Positions 25,838 to 37,811 of a DNA stretch of 64,000 nt are shown one piece after another. The first letter of the stretch is position 1. Each line of letters starts with the position of its first letter. The notes below the pieces were generated by a model that worked only from the letters and a program-made list of their open reading frames with translations, was not told where the DNA came from and made no database searches. Origin of the DNA: Octopus bimaculoides. Lineage: Eukaryota. Location of the stretch: the NCBI RefSeq assembly GCF_001194135.2, contig NC_068990.1, forward strand, positions 67,980,494 to 68,044,493. Direction: 5' to 3'. The position numbers and the translations under genes were made by a program.

Positions 25838-26797
25838 ATGTTATACCAAATTGTAAAATTGGAAAAATTGTTGGTCGGTTTTCTCGCGTTGCGACAACAG
25901 TCACAACCAAAAGAACAACAGCAGCAGCTACAACTGCAAGAACAATCGCAGAAGCAACAACAACAAATACTATTACAGCAACAAATGGTGCAATTAACAA
26001 ATAGTAAGTCGTCAGAAAATACTAGAAAGATGTTCTTGCCAGATTATGTTGTGAACTCATAACAAAATTTAAGTATGAACCAGATAAAGGAGTTACCTTC
26101 AAGGCATACTATAAAAGATATGAACAGATCTTCAATAAAGAGTGCAATGATTGGGTCGACAATAGGAAAACACATTTAATCTTCATAAGATTGGCAACGG
26201 GAGAATGTGAGCATTGCAGCAATTATGTACTCCCAAAAAAAAACTTCTGGCATAAACTTTAAAAATACAATAGACACAATGTATAAAATCTTTAATGAGA
26301 AAAGCTCGTTGTTCTATACACGCTGGAAATGTTTGAACCTAGAAAAGAACAAGGAAGACTACATCACATATGCTGGTAGAGTTAACAGAGAATGTGCAAA
26401 GTTCAAATTTGATGAATTAACACCAAATATGTTCCAGTGCCTGGTATTTACTCAGGGATTAACTGTAGAAAATGATGCAGAAGTAAGAACAAGCATTCTC
26501 ACTAAGCTGCAACAAAACCAAGCTGTAACCTTACAAGTATCAGAAGAGTGTGAAAGAATAGTAAATTAAAGACATGACACAGAGAAAATTGAACTTAAAG
26601 TTTGCTCCCAAGTGAAACAAGTATAAAACAGGCAGAACAGAAATCAAGTGTGTACTTAAATACAGTACAAACAAGACAAAAATCAGGAAACAAACCCACG
26701 TTTTGCATGTGGAGGTCTACACCCGAGAAAAAACTGCCCTTTTAAGAAAGTGGAATGTTTCCATTGTGAAAAAATTGGACACGTTAAAGTGCACTAG
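25838..26797 (+). pseudogene. Gypsy gag remnant
   Basis: Gln-rich N-terminus; KFKYEPDKGVTFKAYYKRYEQIF; SSLFYTRWKCLNL; two knuckles (R)FACGGLHPRKNC and CFHCEKIGHVKVH at ~26695-26797. The Cx2Cx3Hx4C plus Cx2Cx4Hx4C pairing is typical of Mag elements. Confidence 0.8.
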
Positions 26798-26879
26798 AAA
26801 ACCAAGATGAGAAAACGTTGGAACAAAGAAAAAAGAATTAACAAGATGTCATCAAAAGAAAATGGTAATATAGGAAAGA

Positions 26880-27200
26880 GGAAATTTGTGAAAGTGAAAA
26901 TTGAAAATGTAAGAGTAAAAATGCAGTTAGATACTGGAAGTGATATTACCATTGTGAATGAAGAAACTTGGAAGTATATTGGTAAGCTGAAATTAAGTAA
27001 ATCTACAGAAGTAGCACATAGTGTTACAGGTAAAAGATTGTATTTTGTAGGTGAATTTGTGTGTAATGTGATATTTCATGACCAAATGAAAATGGCAAAA
27101 GTATGTGTTAAAAAATTCAGTTAATTTCTTCAGCACAGAGTGGATGGAACTGTTCAAATTGTGGAATATGCCCATAAGTGTTTTGCATGAGAATATAGTC
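26880..27200 (+). pseudogene. Gypsy aspartic protease remnant
   Basis: VKMQLDTGSDITIV catalytic motif in ORF 26807-27124. Confidence 0.9.
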
Positions 27201-27329
27201 AGTTCAGTCAAAGGTTTGAATGTGGCTGAGGAACTGAAACAAAAAATAAAACATTTATTTCCAGATGTTTTCTTGGAAGAAATGAGCTGCTGCATGAAAA
27301 TGAAGTAAAAAATTACAGTAAAACAATGT

Positions 27330-28410
27330 GCAACACCTGTATTTAAGCCAAAACAGAATGTAACATTCACAGCAATAGAACAGGTAAATATGGAACTTGA
27401 AAGACCCAAGAGCCTAGGAATAATCAAGAATATGTACCACTCAGACTGGGCAATGAAAAAGAAAAATAATACGTTAAGAGTTTGTGCAGGTTTTTTAACG
27501 GGGTTGAATGATTGCTTAATCTTGCTGGCTCCGAAGTAAGTGTTTACAAAATTGTATGGCGGGAATTTTTTCTCAAAGTTAGACCTCTCGGAGGCATATC
27601 CACAAATCCAAGAAGAAGAAGAATGCTCACACTTATTAACAATTAATACACACCGTAGCTTATTTAAATTTAAGCAGCTTCCCTTCAGTGTAAAACTGGC
27701 TCTTTCTATATTTCAGCAAGTAATGGATACAATGCTGGGTGACTGTGATTTTGCTATCTTCTATTTAGATGATATCCTAATAGAAAGCGAATCACAGTTA
27801 ACAACATGTAGAACACATTAAAAGAGTATTTGAAAAGACTAGAGAATACAGCTTCAAGTTAATGGAGGAAAATGTGAGTTCTTTCTCAAAAGAATTAAAT
27901 ACTTGGGCCAGATAATAGGTAAAAATGGGCAGAAACTAGGTTCATCCAGTGCAACTGTGATAAAAAATATGCCCACGTTGAATAATGTGACTATGTTACA
28001 AGCATTCTTGGGCTCAATCAATTACTATCAAATTTACATTCTCAATATACATAATGTAAGGGCCCCACTCAGTGATTTGTTGAAGAAAAATGCAAAATGA
28101 TGCTGGACTGATAAGTGCTGGAAGGCATTTGACAAGTTAAAAAACATTTTAACATCAAACTTTTTATTAACACATTTTGATCCAAAGCTGGATATTATAT
28201 TGCCTACAGATGCGAGTGATTATGGTGTAGGAGCTATGCTTCTTCACAAATATGATGACGGGAGTAAAAAGGCTCTAGCCCAAGCATCATGATCATTATT
28301 ACCAGCTGAAAGAATTATAGCCAGATAGAAAAAAAAGTGTTTGCAATCATATTTGGTGTGAAAAAATTCCATAGATTTATTCTTGGAAGAAGTTTCAGAT
28401 TACGAAGGAA
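27330..28410 (+). pseudogene. Gypsy reverse transcriptase and RNase H remnant
   Basis: FSKLDLSEAYPQI, QLPFSVKLALSIFQQVMD, FYLDDILI, AFLGSINYY, LPTDASDYGVGAML, YSQIEK; breaks off at ~28410. Confidence 0.9.
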
Positions 28411-28546
28411 AATAATATCAAATTTATAACTCTAAAAGAAAAAAACTCAAAAAACGGGAGGTGAGGTGATGTAAAAATTATTGCTATGAAAAGAAATAAA
28501 ATTACACTCTCTAAGAAAAAGAAAAAGAAAAACTTAAAAGGAGAGA

Positions 28547-28724
28547 TGTTATAGGAATAATAGTAATAATGGTACACCCCTCCCACATGATGAGTGGTAC
28601 GTGCTAGTCATTATAAATACTATGAGTCAGTGTCAGGAGGAAGTACGAAATAGATGGTCATAGATAGTTGTGATCTTACTTGTCTAACTAACTATACTGC
28701 TGTGTAAGAGTGGGTGTTATAACA
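28547..28724 (+). mobile_element. Candidate 3' LTR (178 bp)
   Basis: Polypurine tract aaaaggagaga (28536-28546) directly followed by TGTTATA; ends TATAACA (perfect 7-bp terminal inverted repeat); contains tataaata at ~28612. Confidence 0.6.
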
Positions 28725-29755
28725 ATGCAACAGGGGAGTACAATACAATGCCACAGTGAAACAAACAAATAGGTAAGTCTGTTGCATCAGTAATAGAGGT
28801 AAAATGTGCCCCTGTCTTTGATGCATGAGAATTATAATGGAAAGAAAGGAGCTGGCAGCTGCTATAATTAATTATTAGCATACAATAATCCTTGATGACC
28901 CCATAAAGGGATAGTCTGTCACAGATGGAATCTGTTGTACTTTTTTTGTTTGTTTATTTGAAGGTAAGAGAGAGTAAAACAAGAAGAGGGAAACTGGGCA
29001 AGAAATGAAAAATGAAGAAAATATTGAATATTGTATAAAACCACTGTTAAAAAGAAAGAAAAGATAAAATGTAAAAATAGAAAGGAAATATTGAAAGAAA
29101 AGAAAACAGAGAAAGATAAGTCACAAAAGAAGAAATAGTGAAAAAAGAATAAGGAAGAAAAAAAAGGAATAAATAAAATGGAAAGAAAATGTAAGATGAA
29201 AAAGTAAATAAATGAAAAAGTTTGATTGAGTGAAATGAAAAAAATTAAAGAGAAAGAAGAAAAACGTAAGTAAAATGAAAAACCTAAAAATGAAAACAGA
29301 GCAGTGAATCTACAAGAAAAGTTAAAGGAGAATGATATAAAGGTGGATAGGAGAGAAAAGGTAAAGAAAGGAACGTAGAAATGCATAAAACTAACATTGT
29401 ATTTGGTGAAAATATATTATTCTTAGTTCATATTATAAACCGAAATAAAGCCATGTGAATTATCATTACTATATAGTTTCATATTTTATTTAATGTCAAA
29501 CAAGTTTTTTTTTGTGTGTGTGTGTGTGTGTGCGTGTGCAGATTTATAGCTAAATAGATAGATAGGTGGAAGATAATATAGAGACATGCACACACATGTA
29601 CTACATACACACAAACAAAAATATGATTTTATACACATATCTATATATGTATATATATACACATACATACACACATGATTATATGTATATACATATATAT
29701 ATACACACACACACACACTTACACACATACCCATATACATATAGTTACACATACC

Positions 29756-29787
<32 letters not shown>

Positions 29788-30739
29788 CTATATACATATG
29801 TATACTATATACAAACCTACACAGACATACATATATACATACATACTGATATATATATGATAATATATATATATATGTATGTTTGTGTGAATATATGAAT
29901 ATGTATGTGTATTGTATGCATGTATATGTTTGTGTGTGTGTGTAATACAATTCAGTTATGAGTTACATGCAAGAACCATATCATAATTCAGATATCAAAT
30001 GACAAGATATGGCAACCTTATGATTTCCTGCCAGTTATCATATACCTAAATGTGTCAGCTTTGCAATGTCATCTTAATATGATGTAGGCAATATTAATTA
30101 TATCATATCAATACCTGGCACAGAAAGTAAGAGATTGTAAGCTTTGATGTTGCATTTTTATTAATTATTAAGTAATCCAGAATTTACCGAGAATTTTCAA
30201 TGCTCCATAGAGTGTATTTATTACATCATAAATCAATTATCATTTATTTACAATATGAAAGAATGGATGATAGTGTCTTCCAAAGAGGAATAGTGTATCA
30301 TATTTTGGAAAACATTGCAGAAAGAAAACCTCACAGAATAATTGGGTACAAAACAGACAAAAAATAACATGTATTGAAAAGAAAGCAATAGCTTTGCTAC
30401 ACAATATGTTTTATAAACCAACTACCTAGCATTATCGTCAGTATCACTATATGTATTATTATTTACTTCTTAAGATTCACTGCATTTTTCTCATTTGTAT
30501 CACCTGTCTTTTCTCAAAATATCTGTGAAGCCTAAGATCAGCAATATGAGCTTGTAACAGCTACACAACTGCTAAGTCTTCAACCAATCTACTTGATCAT
30601 CTATGCTTCATCTTGCCTCATACTCTTTAACTATCCTTCTGTTAAACAACAAAGGTAAAGGAAGAAAGAATGATGAAAAGATGTTAGAGAGAAGCCTAAG
30701 AAACAAGGTATTAAATATATATCAAACATATAAAAGTAA

Positions 30740-30895
30740 CAAGCATGGCTATGGTTAAGATGCTTGCTTCCTAGCCACACGGTTTTAGGTTCGGTCCCAT
30801 TGTATGTTACTTTGGGCAAATGATCTCTACTGAAGTTTCAGGCCAACCAAAACCTTGAAGGTGGATTTGGTTGGCAGATACTGAGAGAAGCCGGC
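30740..30895 (+). mobile_element. SINE family A, 5' half
   Basis: catggctatggttaagatgcttgc...ggttcggtcccattg...ctttgggcaaatg...ggatttggttggcagatactg. Confidence 0.65.
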
Positions 30896-31319
30896 ATGCA
30901 AAGGAACCTACCAACTCATTTTCCATTTTGGAAATTTTTCAACACATAACAATCTAAGATGAAACGAACCAATGTATGGGGTTAACTGGAAAACAAATGT
31001 AAAAATTAAATCTAATGAATTTTATTTTAATGAGTAAGCTATTGTAGCAAGGTACTTTTATATTTATAACAAACTATTCTCTTCTTCTCTTGTTTTGGAG
31101 GTGATATATAATCAGTGATGTAATATAGATTTTGTATGGACTTGTGAGATATGTAGTGTATACATATCAAATGAACAGACACAAACAAAAATAATACTAT
31201 CAATTATTGTTTGTAACATAGGAAACAGGAACCTGGTGTGTTCATTTTGAAGTTTGATATAATGCAATGAGAAGGAATTGTAAACAGGTCTTAACGGTAA
31301 CAATGTTGGAAAAACAGTT

Positions 31320-31860
31320 TAAGTTGAAAACTTAATGCTGGCAACACAAAGACATCTTAAAATCAATTAATTCTTGAATAAATAGCTTATAATTTCTTCA
31401 CTGAAAGGAAGAATGGTGATACATAAACATTTCAAGGAATATTACAGATTGTCGAAAATACTTTTGACTGCAGCTAAACCAGTTTTACATCTTATTTTCT
31501 ATGATTAATAAGATTGAAGAGATTCTAAGAAAGATGGAATGGCCAATGGCTCAAGCAATGCTTACTGAACAATTTCATGAGACAATCAAAAGTTTAGAAA
31601 ATTACAAAATAGGAACAGAAAAACAGAACTCAATACCAAACAACAACTTGAAAAGAAATGAATAACAGTGGGTAGCAGATGGTTATTCTCAAGGAAATGG
31701 TTTTCTAATAGTAACTGAACAGATGTGTCTTTCTAGATATGGATAGACTATGCTGCATTCCAATGTATCACATATTTGCTAAATATATTGCAATTAGCAC
31801 AGTTTTAACAAAGAACGCATATAAAATAAAGTATCACCAACATGTATATTTATGTGACAG
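31320..31860 (+). mobile_element. Heavily decayed R4/Dong-like LINE ORF fragment (post-RT to CCHC region)
   Basis: Frame-shifted peptides in the expected order: KLNAGN..KSINS*, RKILLT..LH, SQGNGFLIVTEQ (cf. ETEGFxxAxQDQ), DRLC...STVLTKNAYKIKYHQ (cf. CRLC...CPVLAxxEYxxRH). Confidence 0.5.
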
Positions 31861-32285
31861 ACTGTAAGGGCTGAACACACGGAAGTCATTTTTCTTCACT
31901 TTCAAAACACCAAAATATAGCCTAAAATCACCAATAATTACTTTTTATGTGAATATAATGATGAACACAGCCTTTTAGTCGTGATTCTTAACTGCTGTCA
32001 TAAAATACAAGCTTTGTGTCAGATAAGTGTAAATGTGGATACAAGGAAAGGATTTGTATAACCCCTTTCTTGTGTTGTCTCTGAAGAGATAAAGGAGAGG
32101 AAACTTTATATTACATTTAGCACAAATCCAGTCCTTATGTCCTTATCACACACACATAGATAGATATAACACATAAATGTATACATTAGTTTATGACACT
32201 TCAAAGGAACTATTGATAAATTACATCTCCTCATACTAATACTCATACCAATGCTACTACAAAAGTTTTATGTGCTTCTTATCAG

Positions 32286-32331
32286 ACACTTTGTCTCTTT
32301 GACATCTTGGAGGAAGATCGGAGAAAATAGA
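32286..32331 (+). CDS. Candidate coding exon (HFVSLTSWRKIGENR)
   Basis: Acceptor tgtgcttcttatcag, donor gtaatt; one open frame, ending in phase 0, compatible with the 33320 exon. Confidence 0.2.
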
Positions 32332-33319
32332 GTAATTATGGTCAGCAATTCTTCAGAATTAATTCTGTGTGTTATATATATTTATATATTTCATAAGTAT
32401 TCAAGTATGTAGAAAGATAAATATTGTATATTCATGCACATGTACATACACACATACAAACAAACACTGGCATAAGTATATGCACATACAACATTTATAA
32501 AAAAAATACATTGCTGCAGTATATACGTGTGAGTGAGTGAGTGAGAGAGAGAGTATACTTGAACACACATATCATATAGTTTACAGAGGTGGAAATTAAC
32601 CAATTTTTATATTTGTTCCTAATGGTTTCTAACATTCTCTGAGAGACCGCAATATGATTCTTGAGAAAAAAAGCAATGACACTTTTTGTGAGATTGGTTC
32701 TGAATCATAGAAGGGCAGCAAAGAGAAGAATCAGGCAACATTTATCTAATAAGATTCTTCTTTTGCATGCATTTTCCTTATATTCTCACAAAAAATATGC
32801 CACGATTTTAATATTTTTTATGTCACATCATTTTCTGACTTTGTTTTGAAATAGAAATGAATGGTAAAAAAATATTATAAGAACACACCACTTTTGCCAA
32901 AATTGTTATTATTATTATTAGCAATAATTAACATTTTGGATTTTTTTATATATATTTATTTATTTATTTATTTATTGAAGTGATTAATTTCTTGTAAAGG
33001 AGGGAACAAGACAATCACTCCTTTATGTTATGTATTGTGCATAATTAGTTCTTTCTAATATAGGTGAAAGAAAAGGAATTTGAGAAAATTAGTATTTGGT
33101 TTAACCAACCGCAGTACTTAAATGGCACTTCATTTTATCATCTACAGAAGGGATGAAAAGTGAAGTCGACTTCTGTAATATTTGAGATCAGAACATAAAA
33201 AGTGAGAAGAAATACCACAAAGGCATTTTGCCCAGAACTCTAATGATTCTGCCAATCTACCACCCTGTGTTTTATATAATGAGACTGGCAATGGTACTGA
33301 AAGTTTACCTTCATTACAG

Positions 33320-33351
33320 AGAATAAGAGTGTTTGAGAAAAACAAATCTAG
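33320..33351 (+). CDS. Candidate coding exon (RIRVFEKNKS+AG) of a possible WD40-repeat protein
   Basis: Acceptor gtttaccttcattacag, donor ag|gtaaat; only one frame is open. Confidence 0.3.
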
Positions 33352-33829
33352 GTAAATGTTATTGATCTTCACTCACAGAAAGATGCTATGTATATATGAA
33401 GCAGGCCCACTTCTCTCAGCAGGTATGTATGTTTTCACATGTGCTTATCAGTGTTTTTATATACCTCACTAAGGGGCCAGTAAACAGCTGAAATCTTCAG
33501 TGGAAAAACTCCTATCAAACAAGTGTTTAGATCTATTTGTTCCTGACACTTTAAATGAACCAGGTGCACCTAGATAGTTCTTCTGTAGTTATTTAAATAC
33601 CATCTTTAGTGGGGACTGAACTTGGAACACATTATGATTGAGGGATTAGCATATAAGAATAACTGAGTTAGAGGGATTAGCATACAAAAACATTTATTCA
33701 GTAAATTCATACAATTTATAGCTTGGCACTATCTTTCATTGAACACCATTTTACAACTGAAACCCCCTTCCTAAGATTTGCAAAAGAAAAAAAAAACAAA
33801 ACACAAAAACGCAAATTATCTTTTATTAT

Positions 33830-34030
33830 TGTAACCTGCCTGATACCAGATCAACCATAGTTGTATAATACCAACTTCCTGTTTTAAAGTGAACTAAAAC
33901 TTTCTGATGATATTTCATGTTAATTATGTTCTGAATACCAGCTTCATAAGCACAAAGTTATTTTATTAAATTTTCCATTGTTTTCGAAATTGATTGACAC
34001 AAATCCAATGTATTTGAAAAGAAATACATT
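33830..34030. mobile_element. MITE-like repeat, relative of 60786-61008
   Basis: atttcatgttaattatgttc...aagttattttattaaattttcc aligns by eye with 60885-60950. Confidence 0.5.
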
Positions 34031-34800
34031 GCCTACATTGTATCAATCAATTTCTTTATCAAACAGAAGCTAATTTGCATATTGGTTGATTCTAAGTTAT
34101 GTTTTCTGATCACTGATAATACAATGTCAGGCTCATATTCTAATCCCAACAATTGATTTTTTTTTTCTTCTTTGAAAATTCATTGAAAATTTTCCATCTT
34201 CCTCTTTTACCTGCTTTGCATATTTTATTTCTAAGAAAAATCATCACTCCTCTAAATACCTAGTGTCTCTCCTTATAATATCTCCTTGGCATTTGCTGCC
34301 TTTATGTCACCTTATATTATGCCCAGTGGTGAGGTGCTATCATCCAGACTAAGAACCACTGATAGAGACATATAAGCATTTTAAAACCCATCCAACTCAT
34401 GCTAGCATGGAAAAATAGATGTAAAACATTTTAATATGCAAATGCGCATGTATATATGAAAGTATAAAAGTTTAATAGTTGTGAGGGTCAGTTTTAAACT
34501 CTTTACTTTAATTAGTTCAAACTTTTCTATAATTAATCTAGTTGCACTTAATCAAGGAAAATTATTGAACTTGTCAGATAGATTTTCATGGATGGGTGAT
34601 TAGTAGTAGCAAGATCAGTCAATATGTCAATATATACAGCAATAATTCATATATACATCTAAAATTTGGAGAAGTACCCAACCTACACAAGTGTGGTAAG
34701 GTAACTATAACAAACATAGTTGAAAAAAAAGATAAGAGCAACAAATTTAAGAAAATTAGTAAAATACAGAGATCATTGTAAAAAAAACTCGGTTATTCAA

Positions 34801-34842
<42 letters not shown>

Positions 34843-35052
34843 AGCAGTGAACTAGCAGAATCATTAGTAAGCTGGATGAAATGCTTAGCAGTATTTCATC
34901 CATCTTCATATTCTGAGTTTGCCTTTCATCCTTTCGTGGTCGATAAAATGAGTACCAGTTGAACACNNNNNNNNNNGGGGGGGGGGGGCAATGTAATCGA
35001 CTCGTCCCCTCTCCTAAAACTGCTGCCTTTGTGGAAAAATTTGAAACCATTA

Positions 35053-35083
<31 letters not shown>

Positions 35084-35860
35084 CATTAAGAGGGCAAGCT
35101 GGCAGAAACACTAGTGCACCAAGTGAAATGTTTAGTGGTATTTCGTCTGTCTTTATGTTATGAGTTCAAATTCTGCCAGGGTTGACTTTGCTTTTCATAT
35201 TTTGGGGGCGATGAATTAAGTTCCAGTTGAGTACTGGGGGTCAATGTAATCAACTATCCCCTTCCCCAAAATTTCAGGCCTTGTGCCTATAGTAGAAAGG
35301 ATTATTAGTTTTATTATTGTCATTATTAGTAGTATTATTAAAGCATCAATCTGGCAGAATCATTAGTATGTCATTAATACCCCAGCACGATACCCCAGCA
35401 TGGCTGCAACTCTTCAGCTGAAACTCGTTAAAGAGTTAAAGAGTTATGTCAGACAAAATGCTTTGTGGCAGTTGTTTTGGCTCTTTATGTTCTGAGTTCA
35501 AATTCTGCCAAGGCCAACTGTGCACTTCATCCTTTCGGGGTTGATAAAATAAGTACCAGTCGTGTCCTGGACTCAATGCAATCAACTTCTGCTTGCCCTT
35601 CAAAACTACTGGCTCTGTGCTAAAGTTTGAAGCCATTATTAAAAGCAACAAGCTGGCAGAATTGTCAGCAACCTGGGCAAAATGTTTAACCAAATTTCTT
35701 TTGTCTCTACATTCAGAGTACAAATTTTTGCAAAGCCAACTTTGTCTCTCATCTTTCTGAGGTTGATAAAATGTGTACCCGTTGAGCCCTGGGATTGACG
35801 TAATCGATTAGCTTCCTCCATCAAAAGTTTCAGGCCTTGTGCATGTAGTAGAAGGATTTA
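34843..35860 (+). mobile_element. Head-to-tail array of ~5 SINE family C copies (one partial), mostly separated by (ATT)n
   Basis: Heads at ~34843, 35088, 35340 (partial), 35440 and 35642. Each full copy has (t)tcatcctttc(g/t)gggtcgataaaa..gtacc and ends gaaaggattatt-like. Confidence 0.8.
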
Positions 35861-35894
35861 TTATTATTATTATCATTATTATTATTATTATTAT

Positions 35895-36570
35895 TGAGTG
35901 AGAGAGAGCAGCTCATGCCATCAAAGTGACACTGGGGTACAAATATACAAATATTAATTATTATTATTATTATTATTATTATTGACTGAGACAGTAGCAC
36001 ATGCCATCAAAGGGTACAGATATATGAAGCCCAGTATATCCATCATGACTGCCTGTCTGATAAGGGTACACCAGGCACATGCATCAGAAGCATATGTGCA
36101 CAACATGGTGATTTCATATCAAGATAAACAGTGCATGACTTTGCAAATGAGGCCCAGTTAGAATTTTTTCGGGTTGAGCAGCCCATCCTGTCCAAAAGGT
36201 CCCTGAATAAGGTTGTTTAAGAATGTCAAACGAAACACCCATGTTTCCAGAGGTGAATTATTCAAACCCCAAAGAATTCCTTTCAACATATGGCTATGAT
36301 GCTCCCCCACTAAGTCTGCTTATAATCAAAAATGCACATATCATCAGCCACCAAGGGACATGCTCAACTGGTTAAGGTCAAACAATTGACAAGCAAACCT
36401 GTGATATTGAACAGAATATTTGCTGTAGTTCATCTTTTACACCAAGACAAAAGATTGACATGATAACACTTCCAATCAGTTAAGATTAGAAGCCATGCGA
36501 ACTACTGTCTGGTACTGCATCAGAGCATAGAACCACTGCCTTGTACTGCATCAGAGCATTTATTATTATT
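35895..36570. mobile_element. Unclassified repeat family D embedded in (ATT)n tracts
   Basis: The start gagagcag..catgccatcaaag occurs twice (~35895 truncated, ~35988 full). The end tactgcatcagagcat is duplicated. A further fragment lies at ~63715-63775. Confidence 0.6.
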
Positions 36571-36738
36571 ATTATTATGATTATTAGAAGCAGCTGCAGC
36601 AGTATAGTATGTTTTGCCATACTGGTATAATCAGATCATCATTGTAAAATATATAAATCCATTACTGACAAAATCCAGGCAATTTATACCTAAACTGACT
36701 TAGAATGATTTCTATTAACATCTTCATTGCCTTTTCAG

Positions 36739-36863
36739 AATATATTCCATAACAGAAGAAAGTATTCTTGCTATATGGGAACTAAATTCACTCGTGTCAA
36801 AGCCCAAGACCTTAACACCCACATACAACTTGTTCCCATTTGAACTGCCATCAAATCTACTTG
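36739..36863 (+). CDS. Candidate coding exon (IYSITEESILAIWELNSLVSKPK...) with WD40-like motif
   Basis: Strong acceptor cttcattgccttttcag; phase-compatible with 33351. The donor is weak (gttatt) and there is an in-frame TGA at 36869-36871. Confidence 0.3.
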
Positions 36864-37338
36864 GTTATTGACATTGCTAGAGTAGACATCAATGTTACAT
36901 AACAACAGAGATATTCTCAACAGTGAAATATCAACATAAATATTCCAGGCCTAATTCACCCTTTGCTGGTCTGATTTGTAACTCCAGATCTAAAAGTCTA
37001 CCACTGCTGCCAGAGAGTACATCATTAATACCTGTCGACCTAATAATGTAGATAGTTTTCTATTTGCAACTCATCTGGTAACTAAGTGCTTCAGCTACTA
37101 CTAGTACCACCACCACCATCACCACAAATACTACCATCTCCACCACCACCATTACCACAAATACTACCATCTCCACCACCACCATTACCACAAATACTAC
37201 CATCTCCACCACCACTACTACCACTGTTGTGACTGCTACTAAGGCTATTATTTCAAGTGTACAAGTAAGCATTCTGTTGCAGCTGCTTGTATTGTTTGTA
37301 GTATCAAATTTTCAAATTTGTTCATTGCTACTTGAAGC

Positions 37339-37395
37339 AATTTTGCTAATGCCATCTGGATTGTTGAAAAAGATTTAGATGGCATAGCAAATATT
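37339..37395 (+). ncRNA. Pre-miRNA-like hairpin (unvalidated)
   Basis: Arm 37342-37362 pairs with 37372-37391 (20 pairs, 3 of them G-U, one bulged A) around a 9-nt loop; extendable to ~23 bp. Confidence 0.25.
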
Positions 37396-37773
37396 TTACA
37401 AACAGTTTATTGTCAGAAAGGAAAAAAATTAATATTTCAGAGGCTTGGTTGTTTTTCAGTGTTGCTATCTATGTCAGTGTGATATGTAACACATTTATAG
37501 AAGATGTGGGCTCGAGTTCAATAAACAGATTCGACTTTTCTTATCCAAAGGGGTTTTTAATCCAATATTTACATACTGTTATTTATAGCTTTATCTACCT
37601 TGAGTTCAACCATTAAAATCGCGTTTCATGTTCTCTCAAAGTATCTAAATTCTTAAGATGTAAACATATATTTATATTATTAGATAATAAATCATATATT
37701 ATACACCTGTTAGACAGGTCAAAACAATTGTAGTAAGCAATAAACATCCCCATATCTTCCACCTCTTTCATTA

Positions 37774-37811
<38 letters not shown>

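Larger units (their letters stand above)
25790..28724 (+). mobile_element. Decayed Gypsy LTR retrotransposon (Mag/K02A2.6-like), integrase deleted
   Basis: Order gag, zinc knuckles, aspartic protease, RT, RNase H, then PPT and LTR. Many stops and frameshifts. Confidence 0.9.

Noticed and set aside
28960-29400. Purine-rich tracts here and at 55300-55900, giving F/L/S-rich minus-strand ORFs
   Set aside because: Low-complexity DNA with no coding signature.
32286-32360. Resemblance of HFVSLTSWRK to START-domain RDFVxLRxW, and of VKVVQRL (56741) to START KVLQKI
   Set aside because: The two motifs are in the wrong order for one START domain and are too short.
33352-33563. Extra exons 33379-33422 and 33474-33563
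   Set aside because: They would need 27- and 51-nt introns, an AAG acceptor and a weak final donor; implausible without transcript data.
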